This document shows, in pieces, positions 29,491-39,303 of a stretch of DNA of 49,856 bases. Numbering within the stretch: the first letter of the stretch is position 1; the number at the start of each line of letters is the position of its first letter. Source of the DNA: Minisyncoccota bacterium. Its GTDB lineage: Bacteria > Patescibacteriota > Minisyncoccia > Phycocordibacterales > UBA9973. Where the stretch lies: NCBI GenBank assembly GCA_043776915.1, contig JAYVQT010000038.1:1-49856 (forward strand), written 5' to 3'. The notes below the pieces were generated by a model. It was not told the DNA's origin and searched no databases. It was given only the letters and a program-made list of their open reading frames with translations. A program made the position numbers and the translations under genes.

Positions 29491-30039
29491 TTACTTACTT
29501 CGCGCTATGTATTTGTAGTTCACTAAGAGGAGAACAATGAATACTGATGATGTCAGAGCCATGACTGGAATAGTCACATATGAGAACTCTCGTACATATA
29601 GTGTCGCACAGGAAATAGATGCCGTACCGCCAGCCGCGCACGAAATAGCTGACGTTCCCCCATTCTCAATATAGATATGAAAGAGTGAGACAATAATACC
29701 ACAAAGAGCAAGAACCATACTGTAATCAACAATTGCTTTATCACGCTTATAGAGCTCCATACTAAAAAGAATGAATTGTGGATAGAGAAAGATACGCTGA
29801 ATCCAGCACAGCTCACATGGTGGAAAGCCAATAATTTCAGAATAAAAGAGGGACAATGCGACCGCTCCGAGTGACATAGTAAAACCAAAATAAAAGGCAT
29901 AGTCTTTAAAGAATATTAACACCGGATTTGCATGCGATCGCATAAAGATAAAATTGATAGCAATAAACACAACAATCACCTGTAGAAATATAGTTCCGAG
30001 TGCTAAGAATTGATTAAAGGTTGCGATGTACGCCGGCAT
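29491..30039 (-). CDS. Disulfide bond formation protein DsbB/BdbC family
   Basis: PCELCWIQRIFLYP, TM helices, further Cys in the second loop. Confidence 0.92.
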   Translation of the reverse strand: MPAYIATFNQFLALGTIFLQVIVVFIAINFIFMRSHANPVLIFFKDYAFYFGFTMSLGAVALSLFYSEIIGFPPCELCWIQRIFLYPQFILFSMELYKRDKAIVDYSMVLALCGIIVSLFHIYIENGGTSAISCAAGGTASISCATLYVREFSYVTIPVMALTSSVFIVLLLVNYKYIARSK

Positions 30040-30043
30040 AGGA

Positions 30044-30619
30044 TTATTGTGGAAGTGTCGTATAGCCTATCTGTTGTGCTAAGAAGGTAAGTGGTATCTC
30101 ACCTTGAGTCATGGCATTATTTTCAAATCTCCAGACATCATCTTTTATACTAGGGGCAGTTGGACTTTTAACAGAAAATTCATATTCAGGGAATATCCAA
30201 GTTTTATAAAACTGCGAAGCAACTTTGACACAGATAGGAGCTTCCCCGGTTTTACCAGGCTTTACATCACAGATAATCGGCTTACTTTTAGACATAAGAC
30301 TAATACCATTTTTAAACTTCCATGATGGGTAGCTTTCTATTTTATTATCTTTACAAATTTGTGTCGGAGATTTATCAGGATTTGAGCACTCAACATATGG
30401 CAAGTATTGTTTTGCTTTTCCAAATGATACTTTCTGAGCTAAACAGTGAGGACACCAGAATGCTCCAAAGAACTGCGCCCCTTCCGTTTTAAGAGCTTTG
30501 GCAAAGTCGTCATACTTACTCGGAGCTGTATCTTGTTTAGTAATAAAGAACCCAAGAACTGCGACAACAATAACAACACTAGTAATGAGGAGTACAAATT
30601 TACCTTGTTTTGATTTCAT
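30044..30619 (-). CDS. Membrane-anchored thioredoxin-fold oxidase (CPHC)
   Basis: N-terminal TM, FFGAFWCPHCLAQK, YVEC, IESYPSW. Confidence 0.85.
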   Translation of the reverse strand: MKSKQGKFVLLITSVVIVVAVLGFFITKQDTAPSKYDDFAKALKTEGAQFFGAFWCPHCLAQKVSFGKAKQYLPYVECSNPDKSPTQICKDNKIESYPSWKFKNGISLMSKSKPIICDVKPGKTGEAPICVKVASQFYKTWIFPEYEFSVKSPTAPSIKDDVWRFENNAMTQGEIPLTFLAQQIGYTTLPQ

Positions 30620-30640
30620 TATTACAGTATATCAAATTTT

Positions 30641-32371
30641 TTATGCCTCGCAACTTAGGCACACATTTGCACCTGATTCACCTGATATCTCTGGTATAAT
30701 TGTAGGCTTTGCTTCCACCGAAAGCTTTGCTCTACCAAGTTGTTGTGCTGCATTCATACTGTGCTGATAGTAGAGAGTCTTAATACCAAGCTTCCAAGCT
30801 TGAATGTACAGATTATTTATCTCTTTTGTTGTAGTACTCGGACTAACCATTATATTAAGAGATTGCCCTTGGTCAATATATTTCTGACGAGCTGCTGCCT
30901 GAGTAATCACTGTCATTTGATTAATTTCAGCAAACGTTTTAAAAATACTTTTCTCTTTTTCTGAAAGAAAATCGAGATGCTGTACTGATCCATCATTATT
31001 TCGAATAGTATTCCATACCTCTTTTGTATCTTTTTCTTTTGATTCAAGAAGCTTTTTAAGAAAAGGGTTGGTGATTGTGACTTTCATTTTATCGATATCC
31101 TTAACATAACAGTTAGACCAGCAGGGCTCAATACTTTGTGAAACTTGCCCAAGTATAAACGCAGATGAAGTAGTAGGTGCTACGGCGCATAACGTTGTAT
31201 TTCTGCGCTTGTAACCTTTTAGAAAACTGGGCTCACCGTAGTCTTCTGCAAGCTTTGCAGAAGCAGCATAAGACTGTTCTTTGATAGTTTTAAATATAGT
31301 TATGTTAAGCTCAGCTGCTTCATCGCTTTCCAGTGGAATCATTTTTGACTGTAACATAGAGTGCCATCCCAGTACTCCAAGACCAATTGCGCGGTTTGCA
31401 AGAGCAAAATTATATGAACGCTCCATAAACAGAAATGCTTGACGATCTTCGTATTTACTAGAATCCCGTAATTCCTCGAGTTTATTAATAAAGTCAGTCA
31501 TTACTGCATCGAGGAAATAAACCATTGTTTCCACCGCATCAGTATCTTTCCAGGCATCAAAATGTAGTAAGTTCATGGATGATAGATCACAGACAAAAGA
31601 CCATTCTTTATTTGAGGGTAACAAAATTTCTGAACAAAGATTACTCGCATAGATACGAGCTTTCTTGTCTTTATAGACATCCACCGTATTATTATTAGCA
31701 GTATCACTAAATAATATGTATGGGTAACCTATTTCTACGCGTCGTTGGATTATTTTTGCCCAAATTCTACGTTTATCTTCATCACCAGCAATCATACCTT
31801 CCATCCACGCATCAGGTACGGTGACCGCATAGGTCAGTTCTTGTATTGGATTTCCTTCAGTTCCCATATCTAAAAATTCATCAATATCAGCATGATCTAC
31901 TGGAAGATATGGTGAAAAGTGTCCGCGTCGTACTGAACCCTGACTAATAACATTTACCAATGATTCAAAAAGTTTCATAAAGTGAACTGAGCCTGAAGAA
32001 ACTCCATTATCAGTAATAGAAGAACCTCGCGGTCTCAGATCACCAAAATATCCAGATGTGCCTCCCCCATACTTTGTCATCATACCAACTTCAGCCTGAG
32101 TAAAAAGAATTCCAGCCATATCATCAGAAATATACGATCCAAAGCAACTTATAGGTAAACCTTTTTTAAGTCCAAAATTTGACCAGATTGGGGAAGAAAG
32201 AGAGTAATATCCTTGTGACATATATTCATAGAACTTATCAGCAAATCCGGGCTTTTTTAAAATAGCTTCTGCAGTATCTGCAATAAAACGAATTCTGTCC
32301 TCCGGGGAATCATTCTTCCCAATGTATCCTTTTCTCAGAAATGCCTTGCTGTAATCGTTTAACCAATTCAT
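30641..32371 (-). CDS. nrdA: Class I ribonucleotide reductase alpha subunit, compact, no ATP-cone
   Basis: PISCF, SNLCSE, FVCDL, APTTSS, LYY, C-terminal CLSCEA. Confidence 0.95.
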   Translation of the reverse strand: MNWLNDYSKAFLRKGYIGKNDSPEDRIRFIADTAEAILKKPGFADKFYEYMSQGYYSLSSPIWSNFGLKKGLPISCFGSYISDDMAGILFTQAEVGMMTKYGGGTSGYFGDLRPRGSSITDNGVSSGSVHFMKLFESLVNVISQGSVRRGHFSPYLPVDHADIDEFLDMGTEGNPIQELTYAVTVPDAWMEGMIAGDEDKRRIWAKIIQRRVEIGYPYILFSDTANNNTVDVYKDKKARIYASNLCSEILLPSNKEWSFVCDLSSMNLLHFDAWKDTDAVETMVYFLDAVMTDFINKLEELRDSSKYEDRQAFLFMERSYNFALANRAIGLGVLGWHSMLQSKMIPLESDEAAELNITIFKTIKEQSYAASAKLAEDYGEPSFLKGYKRRNTTLCAVAPTTSSAFILGQVSQSIEPCWSNCYVKDIDKMKVTITNPFLKKLLESKEKDTKEVWNTIRNNDGSVQHLDFLSEKEKSIFKTFAEINQMTVITQAAARQKYIDQGQSLNIMVSPSTTTKEINNLYIQAWKLGIKTLYYQHSMNAAQQLGRAKLSVEAKPTIIPEISGESGANVCLSCEA

Positions 32372-32394
32372 ATGTTTATATTTTTATTAATCTA

Positions 32395-33747
32395 TTAAAA
32401 GAGATCCTCGCTTGTAATACTTTTACTTCGTTTATTGTAATTAATTGATTTCTTTACAAAGAAATCTCCATGCTTTGTAGCAATAACCTCGTCGTCAAAC
32501 CAATCAGTCTCTGCAAGTATCTTATGATCAATCTCAAATATTTTCTTCATTCCTATACTCTCAAGGGAGTTATTGATTCGATTTTTTACAAATTCTTTGA
32601 CTGTAGCAATTGGTAAGAAATCAAGCTCCCCATCCTCAAAAATCCAATCAATAATCTTACTTTCAGATTCATATGCTTCTATACATGATTCGGTAATACA
32701 AGCATCATGTTGTTCATCAAACCAGTCAGGATTCTCAGCTTTAATAATATTAATGACGTCGATACCAAACATTCCATGAATTTGTTCTTCTTTCGAAGTA
32801 GCTTCCACTGCGTTTGATATTCCCTTGAAAAGATTCTTATGCTTATTAAATGCCATAATGATCAAAAACTGAGAGAAAAGTGATACATGCTCAATAAATA
32901 GTGAAAATAGAAGCATTGATTGAGCATATTCTCTATTGTCTTCACTGTGCGCATTTTTAATTACCTTATGTAGGTATTCAATTCGATTTGCAATAACAGG
33001 AATTTCTTTAACTCGCTTAAACTCATCATTCAAACCCAAAATATCAAGTAGGTGTGAATACGCATCTTGGTGTCGCACTTCACTTTCTGCAAACGTGAAC
33101 CCAACTGATCCAATTTCTGGTTTCGGCATTTTTTTATAAATATCTCCCCAGAAAGTTTTTACCGATACTTCAATCTGTGCAATAGCGATGAGGACATTTT
33201 TAATTGCATTTTTTTCAACTGGATTGATATGCACTTTAAAATCTTGTATATCACTCATAAAGTTGAATTCTGTATGTATCCAATATGAATGTCTGACTGC
33301 GTCGACATATTTAAGAAGCTCAGGATATTCATACGGTCGTAGATTAATTCTTTTTTTGAAAATATCACGCTTTCTTAAACGAGTACGCTCATTGCGATAG
33401 AGAATATATCGCTTTGCAACATCGTGAAAGTTGCACTTCATTAATGCTTCTTCGACTAAGTCTTGAATATGCTCCACTGTCGGGTGGCTAGATTCTTTTT
33501 CTTTACTCAGTAATGTAATAGCTTTTCCAGCCACTTTCTCTGCCTCTTTTAAAGACCCTTCACCACCAGAAAGCATAGCTTTATGAATAGCATTCACTAT
33601 TTTTTGAATATCAAAATTAACAATTGAACCATCTCTTTTTTGAACGCTCTTAGTAAGATTATTCTTATGAATTTTTTGTGGCACAGGAGAAGAAACTTTT
33701 TTTGTGAGGACTTTTTTTATGTTGGATACTCTTTTTTTTGAAGGCAT
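32395..33747 (-). CDS. nrdB: Class I (Id-like) ribonucleotide reductase beta subunit with N-terminal ATP-cone
   Basis: VQKRDGS..FD..KI ATP-cone; ferritin-like IEVSVK, EVRHQDAY, IEHVSLFSQF, EEQIH. Confidence 0.93.
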   Translation of the reverse strand: MPSKKRVSNIKKVLTKKVSSPVPQKIHKNNLTKSVQKRDGSIVNFDIQKIVNAIHKAMLSGGEGSLKEAEKVAGKAITLLSKEKESSHPTVEHIQDLVEEALMKCNFHDVAKRYILYRNERTRLRKRDIFKKRINLRPYEYPELLKYVDAVRHSYWIHTEFNFMSDIQDFKVHINPVEKNAIKNVLIAIAQIEVSVKTFWGDIYKKMPKPEIGSVGFTFAESEVRHQDAYSHLLDILGLNDEFKRVKEIPVIANRIEYLHKVIKNAHSEDNREYAQSMLLFSLFIEHVSLFSQFLIIMAFNKHKNLFKGISNAVEATSKEEQIHGMFGIDVINIIKAENPDWFDEQHDACITESCIEAYESESKIIDWIFEDGELDFLPIATVKEFVKNRINNSLESIGMKKIFEIDHKILAETDWFDDEVIATKHGDFFVKKSINYNKRSKSITSEDLF

Positions 33748-33954
33748 ATGTATAAAAATTTAGCTAGTGATAAGTCCCCTTGTTGCTTGGGCATATATTA
33801 TACTCTTAGAGTAGGAAAACATCCAAGGAATTCTAGATAAGAACACAACTATGTCTCACACACTGAAATTCGTCAACATCGATTCATGCCTTTGTCAAAA
33901 AGTCGTTTAAAGGGAGCCTCATTCCAGATAAAAGTTGACAAAAAAGACCCTAAA

Positions 33955-33995
33955 GAAATTATCGGTAAAAATTAAAAATTTTTACCGATAATTTC
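33955..33995. terminator. Terminator-like hairpin downstream of MFS gene
   Basis: 19-bp inverted repeat GAAATTATCGGTAAAAATT-aaa-AATTTTTACCGATAATTTC. Confidence 0.7.
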
Positions 33996-34047
33996 ACTGA
34001 TTTTTCAAAAGTTTCCCCAAAAAGGTCATACTTCAAAAAAACACTTA

Positions 34048-35274
34048 TTATACTTTTTTATACAACATTCTGAATGCAACGGCTGAGAGGATGATAACAA
34101 TGGAGGCGAAAAAAATCGGTGTCTCCGGAGTCAGTGACGCAGCGATAAAACCAGAGAGAACAGCCGGGATGGCTTGAGCCAATGCTTGAACAGAAGCATT
34201 AATGCCGAGAATTTCACCCTGGATATTTGCTGGTGCTGAGCGCGACAGCAGACTCGAAAGGTTCGCCATAGATAAACCACTAAAAAGTCCGAAGAATGGT
34301 GGGATGAGAAATATCTGCCAAGCGTACTGTGGTAAGAAATAGGCCATAATCATTATTCCTGCACCAATAAGAGTCAGGCGAATAACTTTGACTTCAGGAA
34401 AATACTTAGCTACAAATCGCGTCACCACTGCTTGAGTAAAAACACTCCACAGACCAACATAAGCAAAGAAGTCGCCAATGTTACCTTGTGAGAAATGGAA
34501 TTTATTTATTAGGAAGACTCCAAAGAAGGTAGTAAAGAAAGCAAAGCCAGCATAGAATAGGAAATTGGTCAGAAAGATGGTATTGAGTCCTTTCATCTTA
34601 TACGCACGAACAATATTAAGGAGTGACTTGTTCCAAGATATTTTGTTATTGTTCATATGCATATTTGTCTCTTTCAAAAGGAACATGATTGAGAGCATGT
34701 TTAAGAATGCTAACACAGCAGCAAAGTAGAACGGTGTCGCCGCAGTGAACCATGAGACAGTCGCTGGGTCAGAAAGTCGACCACCAAGATACGGACCAAA
34801 AATGAATCCAAGTCCAAAAGCTGCGCCAATCATACCAAAATTCTTCGCTCTGTTTTCGGGTAAACTTACATCAGCAATCATGGCTTGCGCGACTGATACA
34901 TTACCACCCGTTAAGCCATCAAAAAATCGAGCAAGGAACAAGAGTGGAATATTCTTTGTGACAATACCAATCGCAAAAATAACATATGAGATAGATGTCC
35001 CTAAAAGTGAGATAGCTAAAATTTTCTTTCTTCCATATCGATCTGATAGCTGACCTAAGATGGGTGTCGCTAAGAATTGCCCGATTGGATAGATAGCAAC
35101 AAGGAGACCAAGAAGTAAATAGCCAGTATTGAGACTAATCCCGGTCGGCAACATATAGAATTCTGAAGTAGGGCTTGCAAACAGAAGGGGTAGCACAGGA
35201 ATCAGGATTCCAAATCCAAGCAGGTCAATGAAAATAGTGAAGAATATAGTGACAATGGTTTTATTTTTCAACAT
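34048..35274 (-). CDS. MFS transporter, TetA/DHA1-like
   Basis: IDLLGFGILIPVLP, GQLSDRYGRK, motif C GLGFIFGPYLGG. Confidence 0.95.
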   Translation of the reverse strand: MLKNKTIVTIFFTIFIDLLGFGILIPVLPLLFASPTSEFYMLPTGISLNTGYLLLGLLVAIYPIGQFLATPILGQLSDRYGRKKILAISLLGTSISYVIFAIGIVTKNIPLLFLARFFDGLTGGNVSVAQAMIADVSLPENRAKNFGMIGAAFGLGFIFGPYLGGRLSDPATVSWFTAATPFYFAAVLAFLNMLSIMFLLKETNMHMNNNKISWNKSLLNIVRAYKMKGLNTIFLTNFLFYAGFAFFTTFFGVFLINKFHFSQGNIGDFFAYVGLWSVFTQAVVTRFVAKYFPEVKVIRLTLIGAGIMIMAYFLPQYAWQIFLIPPFFGLFSGLSMANLSSLLSRSAPANIQGEILGINASVQALAQAIPAVLSGFIAASLTPETPIFFASIVIILSAVAFRMLYKKV

Positions 35275-35328
35275 TTGCTTACTGTACCATATGGTACGAC
35301 AGGGGCAAAATATGTATACTATAAGTCT

Positions 35329-36249
35329 ATGACAATCGGAACAATGATACTTACCGTATTAGGTCTCTGCCTTTTTGAAATAGTCTCAAGCATTGATAAT
35401 GCTGTTATCAATGCTGAAGTACTTGGCACTATGAGCGCAAAAGCTAAGCGTTGGTTCTTAGTCTGGGGACTTTTAATTGCAGTATTTTTAATCCGAGGAT
35501 TACTTCCATGGTTTATCGTCTGGGCTGCAATCCCTGGTATTGGACCTATCGAAGCATTCACGGCTACATTCTCAAACGACCCCTCAGTCCATGCTGCTAT
35601 CGACAAAGCCTCCCCTATTCTTCTTATGGGCGGCGGAGTCTTTCTTGTATTTTTATTCTTTCACTGGTTATTCTTAGAATCAAAAAATTTTGGCCTTCGT
35701 GGAGAAAAATTCTTTCATCGCCATGGTGTCTGGTTTTTCGCGACTGTCTCGATCATGCTTGCAACCATTGTATGGTATGCGATGAAAATTTCTCCAATGC
35801 TTGCCTTCGGTGCTGTCATCGGATCAACTGCGTTCTTTATCACTCATGGATTTAAAGAAAATGCTGAAAAGGGCGAAAAGGAGTTGCTCTCAGGAAGTTC
35901 AAAGATGAGTGACCTCTCTAAGATACTCTATCTGGAAATAATCGATGCGACATTCTCGATCGACGGCGTACTCGGTGCTTTTGCTTTTACGCTTTCTATT
36001 CCTCTGATCCTTCTTGGTAACGGCATTGGGGCATTTGTCCTTCGAAAGCTGACTATCGGTAGTATCGATCGGATTAAAAAATACATCTATCTTAAAAATG
36101 GCGCCATGTATTCAATACTGGCACTTGGCATCATCATGGTGACTGATGGCTTTGGTGTCCATATACCAGCATTTGTTTCACCTGTTGTCACGTTCGTTAT
36201 TATTGGATACTTCTTTAGTAAATCAAAAAATGCAGCGAAAAAGAAATAA
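35329..36249 (+). CDS. TerC-related DUF475 membrane protein (start revised to MTIGTM)
   Basis: EIVSSIDNAVINA, YLEIIDATFSIDGVLGAFA, YLKNGAMYSI. Confidence 0.88.
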   Translation: MTIGTMILTVLGLCLFEIVSSIDNAVINAEVLGTMSAKAKRWFLVWGLLIAVFLIRGLLPWFIVWAAIPGIGPIEAFTATFSNDPSVHAAIDKASPILLMGGGVFLVFLFFHWLFLESKNFGLRGEKFFHRHGVWFFATVSIMLATIVWYAMKISPMLAFGAVIGSTAFFITHGFKENAEKGEKELLSGSSKMSDLSKILYLEIIDATFSIDGVLGAFAFTLSIPLILLGNGIGAFVLRKLTIGSIDRIKKYIYLKNGAMYSILALGIIMVTDGFGVHIPAFVSPVVTFVIIGYFFSKSKNAAKKK

Positions 36250-36256
36250 ATACAGC

Positions 36257-37354
36257 ATGATGCTTTTTATACTATGTGCTCTTGCTATTATCGCTCTTGG
36301 TGAATATAGTGTCTATTCATCATTCCATGAGGCTCTCTACTACTCAAATCCATATTTATTTTATACATTTACACTAAGCCTTTATGTCTTCCCTATTCTT
36401 CTAATAACAACAGCTATACTTGGCTTCAAATATTTCTCAAAAATAGGCTCCTACTTGTATGTGTTAAGTGGAATCTGGCTTGGCCTACTTATTTATTTAT
36501 TTATGGGAAGTGCATTACTTACGTTTTATATTACTATAAACTTTTACCATGATTTTGGTGTACCGATTCATACTATTGGTATTGATATTTTCTTAATCGC
36601 AGTTATCATCATCATCTATGGTGTTTACAATGCGCTTACTCCACGTATTGTAAAGTGGCAGATCAAGTCCTCGGCTCTTCTTCCTCTATGGAGGAATAAA
36701 AAAATAATTCTTATTTCTGACACTCATTTGGGTCATATTCAACGTGATAAATTTTCACAGAAATTAGTAGCGACTATTGCTAATGAAAATCCTGATATTG
36801 TATTCCATGTGGGAGATATTATTGACGGACCGACATTTCCATATAAAAAAAGTTTTGACCACTTTGAATCTTTAAATCCCCCACTCGGGACATTCTACGT
36901 CGAAGGTAATCACGAAACATATAGTCGAGAGTACGATACGTTCAAGTCTCACTTCCCTAAAAATATTACTGATATGACAGATAAGAAAATAATCATAAAT
37001 GGAACGCACATCATCGGTCTATCTTTTAACCAGTATGAATCCAAAGACCAAACCAAGAAAAGAGTGCTTGATCTCGGTTACGATATATCTTTCCCATCTA
37101 TTATATTACTTCATGATCCGAAGAATAGTGGTGCTCTTTCTGATCTAGAGGTATCACTCGTCCTCTCTGGTCATACTCATGGTGGACAATTCTTCCCTGA
37201 TAATTTAATTTTAAGGTCTATCTACAAGTCTTTTTCACATGGGATTACTTATCTAAAAAATACTGTCTCAGCGACAACCTACGGCACGGGTATGACCTTA
37301 CTTCCTATTCGAATTGGCACATTCCCAGAAATAGTCGTAATTGAGATTATATAG
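36257..37354 (+). CDS. Membrane-bound metallophosphoesterase (YkuE/YaeI-like), start revised
   Basis: N-terminal TM helices; SDTHLG, GDIID, GNHE, SGHTHGGQ. Confidence 0.92.
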   Translation: MMLFILCALAIIALGEYSVYSSFHEALYYSNPYLFYTFTLSLYVFPILLITTAILGFKYFSKIGSYLYVLSGIWLGLLIYLFMGSALLTFYITINFYHDFGVPIHTIGIDIFLIAVIIIIYGVYNALTPRIVKWQIKSSALLPLWRNKKIILISDTHLGHIQRDKFSQKLVATIANENPDIVFHVGDIIDGPTFPYKKSFDHFESLNPPLGTFYVEGNHETYSREYDTFKSHFPKNITDMTDKKIIINGTHIIGLSFNQYESKDQTKKRVLDLGYDISFPSIILLHDPKNSGALSDLEVSLVLSGHTHGGQFFPDNLILRSIYKSFSHGITYLKNTVSATTYGTGMTLLPIRIGTFPEIVVIEII

Positions 37355-37373
37355 ATTTACTGATACTTTTTAT

Positions 37374-39302
37374 CTACTTAATGCCGTGACGAAGGGCATC
37401 GAGGACAATCGAAAGCTTCATCGTCGCTACGCCAATAACCGTATCAGCTCCCCCATAGTATATATAGAGTAATTTATCTTTCACAACCATCCCACAGGGA
37501 AAGACAACATTGTTGACGATACCCACTTTTTCATAATGTTCTTCTGGTTCAAAAATAGCATCACTACTGCGAGCAAGCACAATACCGGGATCTTTCAGAT
37601 CGAGGAGCACAAAGCCAACACGATAGGTACTGTGACCTTTTGATACCCCATGATAGAGCATTAGCCAACCATACTTTGTTTTAATGGGTGGTGCACTAAT
37701 ACCAACTTTGGCATTATCCCAGCCATGAATACTTGGACCAATAATACGAATACATTTATTTACCGTATCTTTACTAAAGTCGAGTGACTTTAAGTAGTCA
37801 CCGCAAATCTCGTTACCGACACGATGAAGGACAAAGTACCCACCTTTTAATTTCTCAGGAAGTAAGCAGGTGTCCTTGTCATCAAAGCCAGGGGGGGTAA
37901 TAAGCTGCGGCTTCGTCCAATTCCATTTCCTCGCTAGAAAATCTTTCTCAGTTATTGAAGAGATGGCGACGCGCGGCGGACCAATACTATCAAATGCTGT
38001 ATAACATATATAAAGATTCTTGCCGATTTGAGTGACGCGGGGATCCTCACACCCAGAATTACCATTCTCAATTTTTTTCATTTCAAAATCTTCACGCGGG
38101 ACATAAATCGGTGTCTCTAATCGCTCAACCAAATGTATACCATCTACACTTGAAGCATAACCAATCGACGATGTATTATTACTTGAGAGCGTACGATACA
38201 AAATATGGATGGTGCCTTTAAGCGCGATCGCTGCTGGGTTAAACGTTGCTTTCGACTCCCAATCATTTTCAGGTTTCGGCAACAAGATTGGGTTTTCTTT
38301 GGCGCGTTTAAAGCTCCAGTTATCTTTAGTATCGGGATGCATACTTGAAAGCAAATCATTCAAGTTCACATGAGCAGCGCATGAGGTTGTATCAGCTGCT
38401 CCATAGTAAATAGTTAGCACATCTTTATGGATAAGCGCTCCTGTCGGGAAAACAATATTACTGACATAGCCAGTCAGCTCATAAGCTTCCTCAGGGGCTA
38501 GAATCGGGCCCTTCGTTCGGCCGATAATCTTGGTTGGGTCTTTCAAGTCAAGTAAAATAGCCTCAATGCCGAAAATACGATCAAGGTGCTCGGGTGATTC
38601 AAAATAATTCTGAATATGAGAATAAATGAGAAGCCAGCCTTGTTTGGTTTTAAGCGGTGGTGCACCAACTTCTAGATGGTCGTATTGAGTGCGCTTAAAG
38701 TCAACAGAATGGGCATCAAGATCTTCAATCCAATTCTCCCAGCGTTCAGTGTCCCAAAGCTCTTCGATATGATCAAATTGAGCAATAGACATACGAGCTG
38801 GTGGACTATCAGTATGAGCTGAGAAAATAACAGTTATCTTACTATTAATACGCTCTGGAAAAAGGGTCATAGCTTTTGAGTTAAAAGGTGTGACAAAGTG
38901 ACGCTCGTCGACTTGTTTTAAATCTTTCGATATAGCCACTGCTACTTTAATGCCTTCAGGCCCAAATGGATAACGTGAAAGTGCTGTATAAAATATATAA
39001 TACTTCCCTTCAAAAAAGGTTACTCGTGGATCTTCACAGCCGTGAGCTTCCCACTCTTCTTGTGGTGTAATAAATGGTCTGCGATCTTCAAAGTGAATAC
39101 CGTCCTTACTATGACCGATACCAATTGTCGAGATTTGTTGTTGGATAGCAATTTTATCAACAGCCGAAATGGCTCGATAAAGACCATACATTTCTTTACC
39201 AGCTTTAATTGGGCAGAGATTAAAAGTAGCAAATTCCTCCCAGTAATGGTCGCGATTGGGTATAACTATTGGATTGTGTGTTGAACGTCTGACAACGTAC
39301 AT
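37374..39302 (-). CDS. Tandem two-domain GH130 glycoside phosphorylase/hydrolase
   Basis: Two repeats each with NP(I)...WE...TFN, CEDPRVT and N(I/V)VFP..YYG.AD. Confidence 0.9.
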   Translation of the reverse strand: MYVVRRSTHNPIVIPNRDHYWEEFATFNLCPIKAGKEMYGLYRAISAVDKIAIQQQISTIGIGHSKDGIHFEDRRPFITPQEEWEAHGCEDPRVTFFEGKYYIFYTALSRYPFGPEGIKVAVAISKDLKQVDERHFVTPFNSKAMTLFPERINSKITVIFSAHTDSPPARMSIAQFDHIEELWDTERWENWIEDLDAHSVDFKRTQYDHLEVGAPPLKTKQGWLLIYSHIQNYFESPEHLDRIFGIEAILLDLKDPTKIIGRTKGPILAPEEAYELTGYVSNIVFPTGALIHKDVLTIYYGAADTTSCAAHVNLNDLLSSMHPDTKDNWSFKRAKENPILLPKPENDWESKATFNPAAIALKGTIHILYRTLSSNNTSSIGYASSVDGIHLVERLETPIYVPREDFEMKKIENGNSGCEDPRVTQIGKNLYICYTAFDSIGPPRVAISSITEKDFLARKWNWTKPQLITPPGFDDKDTCLLPEKLKGGYFVLHRVGNEICGDYLKSLDFSKDTVNKCIRIIGPSIHGWDNAKVGISAPPIKTKYGWLMLYHGVSKGHSTYRVGFVLLDLKDPGIVLARSSDAIFEPEEHYEKVGIVNNVVFPCGMVVKDKLLYIYYGGADTVIGVATMKLSIVLDALRHGIK

Positions 39303-39303
39303 A

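Noticed and set aside
30044-30619. CPHC protein as the RNR reductant (NrdH/Trx)
   Set aside because: N-terminal membrane anchor, DsbA-like CPHC motif, its own promoter and DsbB adjacency indicate an extracytoplasmic oxidase
33748-33950. NrdR boxes upstream of nrdB
   Set aside because: Only a weak partial match (ACACAACTATGT); no convincing tandem palindromic boxes
34048-35274. Tetracycline resistance gene tetA
   Set aside because: Family motifs only; no tetR or mobile context, and substrate cannot be inferred
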